In this document: piece after piece, positions 49,261-53,358 of the stretch
Position numbering within the stretch: the stretch's first letter is position 1
Layout of the letters: every line of letters starts with the position of its first letter
Source: Alphaproteobacteria bacterium
GTDB lineage: Bacteria; Pseudomonadota; Alphaproteobacteria; JAJTHO01; CANGYM01
DNA: 53,358 bases
Assembly (NCBI GenBank): GCA_947458235.1
Contig: CANGYP010000003.1
Span: 1 to 53,358 of the forward strand
Direction of reading: 5' to 3'
Notes under the pieces: generated by a model
Database searches by the model: none
What the model saw: only the letters and a program-made list of their open reading frames with translations
Told to the model about the DNA's origin: nothing
Position numbers and translations under genes: made by a program

Positions 49261-50043
49261 TTAGGCCTGATTGCGGGTTTGCATCATTTCATCGGTGGTT
49301 TTAATCACCTTGGAATTCAATTCATAGGACCGCTGGGCCTTGATCAAATTGGTCAATTCTGTCACAGGATTAACGTTAGAGCTTTCCAAAAACCCCTGAT
49401 TAACCTTTCCAAACCCATCCGCCCGCGCCACATCCACCGTGGGGGCGCCAGAGGCTGGGGTTTCCAGAAAGTATCCATCCCCCGTGGCCTCTAATCCTGC
49501 GGCGTTGACAAATTTGGCTAATTCGATTTGGCCCACAACGGTGGGCGCGATTTGACCATCTTGCTTAACAGACACCTCGCCAGATTCATTAACGGTGATA
49601 TCAATGGCATCGTTGGGGATGCTGATGGTGGGCTCGATTTTGTATCCATCCTTGGTGACGATTTCCCCCGCATCGTTTAACTGCAAAGACCCAGACCGGC
49701 TATAGGCGATATCCCCATTTGGCAATGTCACCTGAAAATACCCATCCCCCGTAATGGCCAGATCCAAGGGATTGCCCGTTTGTTCCAGCGTCCCCTGCTC
49801 CAGAATCCGGTAAACCGCGCCAGTTTTCACCCCCAAACCGATTTGAATCCCTGTGGGGACCAACGTATCGGCATCGCTGGAGGTTGTGCCAACCCGTCGG
49901 AATTGTTCATACATCAAATCCTGAAATTCCGCACGCTGGCGTTTAAAGCCCGTGGTGGTCATGTTGGCGATGTTGTTGGAAATCACAGAAACGTTGGTTT
50001 CCTGGGCCGACATACCTGTGGCGGCGATGTTGAGAGCTTGCAT
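49261..50043 (-). CDS. flgG: Flagellar basal body rod protein FlgG
   Basis: ISNNIAN.TTTGFKR.RAEFQDL.Y, LESSNV.PV.E, AQRSYE.NSK. Confidence 0.97.
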   Translation of the reverse strand: MQALNIAATGMSAQETNVSVISNNIANMTTTGFKRQRAEFQDLMYEQFRRVGTTSSDADTLVPTGIQIGLGVKTGAVYRILEQGTLEQTGNPLDLAITGDGYFQVTLPNGDIAYSRSGSLQLNDAGEIVTKDGYKIEPTISIPNDAIDITVNESGEVSVKQDGQIAPTVVGQIELAKFVNAAGLEATGDGYFLETPASGAPTVDVARADGFGKVNQGFLESSNVNPVTELTNLIKAQRSYELNSKVIKTTDEMMQTRNQA

Positions 50044-50060
50044 GGTTATGTTCCTAAGGT

Positions 50061-50795
50061 TTAGTTGCGACCACTTAATTTCCGGATGGCATCACGGATA
50101 CGTTCGTCTTCGTTGCTGACAATGCGCTCGGCCCTTTCATAGCCCCGCGCAATGTCCACCATTTCGGTCAAGGCCACCACGGGATTGACGTTGGATCCCT
50201 CGATCATGCCTTGCATGACCTGAACATTCTCCCGCTTGCCGTTGGGTTGCACAGCGGCGGGGGCTTCGTAGAGGCCATCCTCTCTTTTTTTCAGCAGCAG
50301 TTCATTGTCAAATTGGGCCACCTGCAGTTGGCCCACGTTGGCGGCATCCGCCAAAATGGTCCCGTCGCTGGTGACAACCACCTGACGCGCCGTAGGGGGA
50401 ATGGACAAAGGTGCCCCCCCCTGTCCCAACACCGACAGGCCTTGCGTGTTCACCAGCTGGCCCGTAGTGTTAACGCGAAATCGTCCATCACGGGTATAGG
50501 TGACCTCCCCCGTGGTGGGATGTTTCACGGCAAAAAAGCCAGCCCCCTGCAGGGCAAAGTCATATGTATGACCCGTTTCTTCCATCGGTCCATTGTTCAC
50601 ATTCCGCACTGTCCGCGCATCTTGAACATAGGACACGCCTTGGCTGCGAAAATCTTTTTGCAGAACTTCCTGAAACAAGGGCTTTTCTTCGCGGTAGCCA
50701 TGGGTGGTCATGTTGGCCACATTGTTGGCCGTCATATCCATACGCCGCCGCATGGCATTCATATGGGACAGTGCAACATAAAGGGTTGAGTCCAT
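50061..50795 (-). CDS. flgF: Flagellar basal body rod protein FlgF
   Basis: MDSTLYVALS, ANNVAN.TT.GY, YTRDG.F, EGSNVNPV. Confidence 0.95.
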   Translation of the reverse strand: MDSTLYVALSHMNAMRRRMDMTANNVANMTTHGYREEKPLFQEVLQKDFRSQGVSYVQDARTVRNVNNGPMEETGHTYDFALQGAGFFAVKHPTTGEVTYTRDGRFRVNTTGQLVNTQGLSVLGQGGAPLSIPPTARQVVVTSDGTILADAANVGQLQVAQFDNELLLKKREDGLYEAPAAVQPNGKRENVQVMQGMIEGSNVNPVVALTEMVDIARGYERAERIVSNEDERIRDAIRKLSGRN

Positions 50796-50841
50796 AAAAA
50801 AAACCTTTCGATGATGGTTTTGTTTTTTTTCTAGGGACTGT

Positions 50842-50857
50842 TGCAAAGGGTGTGCCA
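50842..50857 (-). promoter_or_regulatory. Sigma-54 (-24/-12) promoter of flgFGAH
   Basis: Minus strand TGGCAC-ACCCT-TTGCA, perfect consensus, about 46 nt upstream of flgF. Confidence 0.85.
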
Positions 50858-51040
50858 AGATCTCGGGCTTGCTGTGTGCGCGTTGCCCGCTCCCAAAGAC
50901 TCGGCACAACCTCCCCAAGGCAGCCGTCTTCGCTTCGTGATCTTCGCTGTGGGCGCAGCCGCTTAGAAAGCCCACGCGGCATCTTGCGTTTCGGATGCTT
51001 TGGGGATAAAAAGATAGAATCTACCGAATTATGCTGTTTC

Positions 51041-51481
51041 ATGTCCAACTCTGCCTTTGACTTTGATTTCGAAGCCTTATGCCAAAAAAAGGGCCTGAAA
51101 ATGACGGACCAGCGCCGCATTGTTGCGCAGGTTTTGTTAGGGGCCCAAGGACATCCAGATGTTGAGGAGGTCTACGCCATGGCCTCTAAGCTGGATGCCA
51201 AGGTTAGTTTGGCAACGGTTTATCGGACCGTCAGAATTCTTGAAGATGCTGGGATCATCCAAAAACATTCCTTTGGTGACGGACGCGCCCGTTATGAGGC
51301 CGTTTCGGATGATCATCACGATCATCTGATTGATATTGATACACGCGAAGTGATTGAATTTTATAACCCCAAACTAGAGGCTTTGAAACAAGAAATCGCT
51401 GCCAAGTATGGATACACCCTAATAGACCATCGATTGGACTTGTATGGACGAAGAAAAAAACACACCGATCCTGAGTGCTAA
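51041..51481 (+). CDS. fur: Fur family transcriptional regulator
   Basis: GLKMT.QR, HPDVEE, SLATVYRT, HHDHLID. Confidence 0.93.
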   Translation: MSNSAFDFDFEALCQKKGLKMTDQRRIVAQVLLGAQGHPDVEEVYAMASKLDAKVSLATVYRTVRILEDAGIIQKHSFGDGRARYEAVSDDHHDHLIDIDTREVIEFYNPKLEALKQEIAAKYGYTLIDHRLDLYGRRKKHTDPEC

Positions 51482-52322
51482 GGCCCCCTTTGTCACCACG
51501 CCCGCTCAGCCTCTGAGTCATCTATGCCTAGATGTTGGGGATATGCAGGTCCGTCTAGCCACCACACCAGAGGAAATCGAGGCCGCTCAACGCCTGCGCT
51601 ATCATGTCTTTTATGAAGAAATGAAAGCCAAAGCCGACCCTGGCACGCGTCGGATGAAACGGGATGCGGATTTGTTGGATGGGTTTTGTGATCATCTATT
51701 GGTCTGTGACATGCGGGCCCCATCTTTGGAACGTTCTGTGGTGGGGACCTATCGTCTGGTCACACGCGCCGCAGCTGAGCGTCATGGCCGCTTTTATACG
51801 GCATCTGAATATCATATTGAAAAATTACTGAAGCATCCTGGTGAGATTTTAGAGCTGGGACGATCCTGTGTCCATCAAGACTTTCGTAACGGTCGCACCA
51901 TGAACCTGCTGTGGCGGGGATTGGCAACCTATGTGTTTCTGGCAGAGATTGAACTGATGTTTGGCTGCGCCAGTTTGCACGGCACCGATGTGGATGCCTT
52001 GCGCTTGCCCTTATCCTATTTGCACCATTACCATTTAGCAGAAGAATCCCTGCGCACTCGCGCCCTAGAGGAACGCTATGTTCCCATGAACATCGTGCCT
52101 AAGGAAGACATTGATATCACAGAAGCCTTAAATGCTCTCCCCCCCCTCCTAAAAGGCTATCTGCGGGTGGGTTGTACTGTGGGGGATGGCGCTGTTATTG
52201 ATCACCCCTTTAACACCATCGATGTGTGTATTATCCAAAAAACAAACCTGATCACAGATAAATACCTGCGCCACTATCAACAAAATTACCAAAAATCCTG
52301 TGGAGAACTGCCTCTGGTGTAG
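51444..52322 (+). CDS. olsB: GNAT ornithine-lipid N-acyltransferase (OlsB-like)
   Basis: AQRLRYHVFYEE, D.FCDHLLV, VGTYRL, ELGRSCV, LPPLLKGYLRVG, D..FNT.D. Confidence 0.85.
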   Translation: MDEEKNTPILSAKAPFVTTPAQPLSHLCLDVGDMQVRLATTPEEIEAAQRLRYHVFYEEMKAKADPGTRRMKRDADLLDGFCDHLLVCDMRAPSLERSVVGTYRLVTRAAAERHGRFYTASEYHIEKLLKHPGEILELGRSCVHQDFRNGRTMNLLWRGLATYVFLAEIELMFGCASLHGTDVDALRLPLSYLHHYHLAEESLRTRALEERYVPMNIVPKEDIDITEALNALPPLLKGYLRVGCTVGDGAVIDHPFNTIDVCIIQKTNLITDKYLRHYQQNYQKSCGELPLV

Positions 52323-52556
52323 GACGTGTCATCATCGATAATCGGATATGGTCGTTTATACCCATTCACAATCAAGGTCATACTAAAATGATCTAATCCC
52401 AGGAGACGAGGGCGTGTATGACTTTGGGTTTATCTTCATAAAAAATCTTTCCTCGCCGCCGTCCACATCCGATGCATCATTATGTGGGCAAAATTCTCGT
52501 GACGACACTCTCTATGTCCCGGCCACACCCCATACAAAATGTGATCCAGATCGCGG

Positions 52557-52793
52557 CAGCGCGTGGTGTTGAACACCGAACGCGCCGCCTACTGGCTGAA
52601 ATCCGGTGCCCAGCCCACGGACCGCGTTATAACGTTCCTTGCCAACGCTGGCCTGATGGACAAACCCGCCCCCCGCAACAACCCACAAAAGGCTCTGCCT
52701 GGTAAAAAAGCCCAGGAACGCGCCGAACAACGCGCTGAAAAAGCCGCCAAACGCGCCGAAGCCGCCGCAGGGGGATCCAACGCCGAGGCGTAA
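52557..52793 (+). pseudogene. rpsP: 5'-truncated 30S ribosomal protein S16 (C-terminal half only)
   Basis: [25 protein letters not shown]...G....[14 protein letters not shown] matches the alphaproteobacterial S16 C-terminus; in-frame TGA at 52542-52544; no S16 N-terminus in any plus frame upstream. Confidence 0.8.
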
Positions 52794-52857
52794 ATTGTCT
52801 CTCTTTCATGCCCACAAAAACGACCCTAACGGGCCGAGCCTCCCCCTCTAAAACCCA

Positions 52858-52885
52858 TGTCATCGCCGCGAAAGCGGGGATGACA
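52858..52885. repeat. Palindromic REP/RPE-like hairpin (possible terminator)
   Basis: TGTCATC-G-CCGC-GAAA-GCGG-G-GATGACA stem-loop. Confidence 0.7.
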
Positions 52886-52937
52886 CTTGGGTAATAAATA
52901 TTTGCACCAGTCCTTTTTAATAGGACTTACGCACACA

Positions 52938-53020
52938 ATTGCGAGCCTCCGGAGGAGGTGTGGCAATCCAGTTTTTTTGCTGCTGGCATTTCTGGATTGC
53001 TTCGCTGCGCTCGCAATGAC
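52938..53020. repeat. RPE-like palindromic element
   Basis: Outer ATTGCGAGC/GCTCGCAAT and inner GCAATCCAG/CTGGATTGC inverted repeats; translates as LDCFA.LAMT / CHCERSEAIQ. Confidence 0.8.
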
Positions 53021-53212
53021 AAAGGTTCTGCGGAAGCCAAATTATTTTATTGATTTTAAAATTAATAAACCATATAATGGTTGAAGTTTTTTTATGCAAA
53101 TAGCCCGATTCTTATGAGTGATTCTGATAATATTTACGATACCATAAAAACGCTAATCCAGGATGAAAACACGACCGTAGAATATTTGACAACACAACAG
53201 TCGTTATTTTTA

Positions 53213-53358
53213 GGGCCTGTCATCATTTAGGTTCTTGACAATGGTGTAGGTTTAGGGGAGAACGTCATCTATCCAAAAATAACAATAAGATAGGATAGGT
53301 ATGCATCGTTATGCTCTTCGGGATGATCAATGGGAAAAGATCAAAGATATGCTTCCGG
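53213..53358 (+). mobile_element. 5' end of IS5-family insertion sequence (transposase start 53301, truncated by window end)
   Basis: MHRYALRDDQWEKIKDMLP is a typical IS5/IS427-group N-terminus; probable left end GGGCCTGTCATCA after TA. Confidence 0.85.

Noticed and set aside
52887-53099. Short ORFs with LDCFAALAMT / CHCERSEAIQ
   Set aside because: Translations of the palindromic repeat, not genes
1-53358. CRISPR array, rRNA, prophage or reverse-transcriptase systems
   Set aside because: No regularly spaced repeats, rRNA-like sequence, phage genes or RT motifs recognised

Overview
A 53 kb alphaproteobacterial chromosomal segment, probably a whole contig, because it starts in the 3' end of an ISAs1-like transposase and ends in the 5' end of an IS5-family transposase. 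Most of it is housekeeping: ctaE-DUF983-SURF1, two tRNA-Ser genes, ispH-thrB-rnhA, ampG, thrC, ndk, lptFGD, aroC, fabI, mlaEF, a DAACS symporter, sppA, terC, nuoGH, cutA, rsmA, rpoN, pabB, flgFGAH, fur and olsB. The notable content is an atypical, split VirB/type IV secretion-like system. Locus 1 (13651-23430, minus strand) has five VirB2/TrbC-like pilin genes holding seven pilin units (two genes are tandem double pilins), then virB3, virB4 with an N-terminal membrane anchor, and three large unknown secreted proteins in the VirB5 position. Locus 2 (37458-41203, plus strand) has two VirB6-like membrane proteins, the first fused to a lytic transglycosylase domain. Inverting the all-minus-strand block between them would restore the order B2-B3-B4-(B5)-B6. 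The pilin promoter carries a perfect CtrA box and a perfect TGTGA-N6-TCACA box, and locus 2 has a near-perfect copy of the latter. An adenylate cyclase/response regulator pair lies downstream of the flagellar genes. Other oddities are a 5'-truncated rpsP, an orphan Alg44-like protein and RPE-like palindromes. All calls come from motif recognition by eye; no database searches were run.
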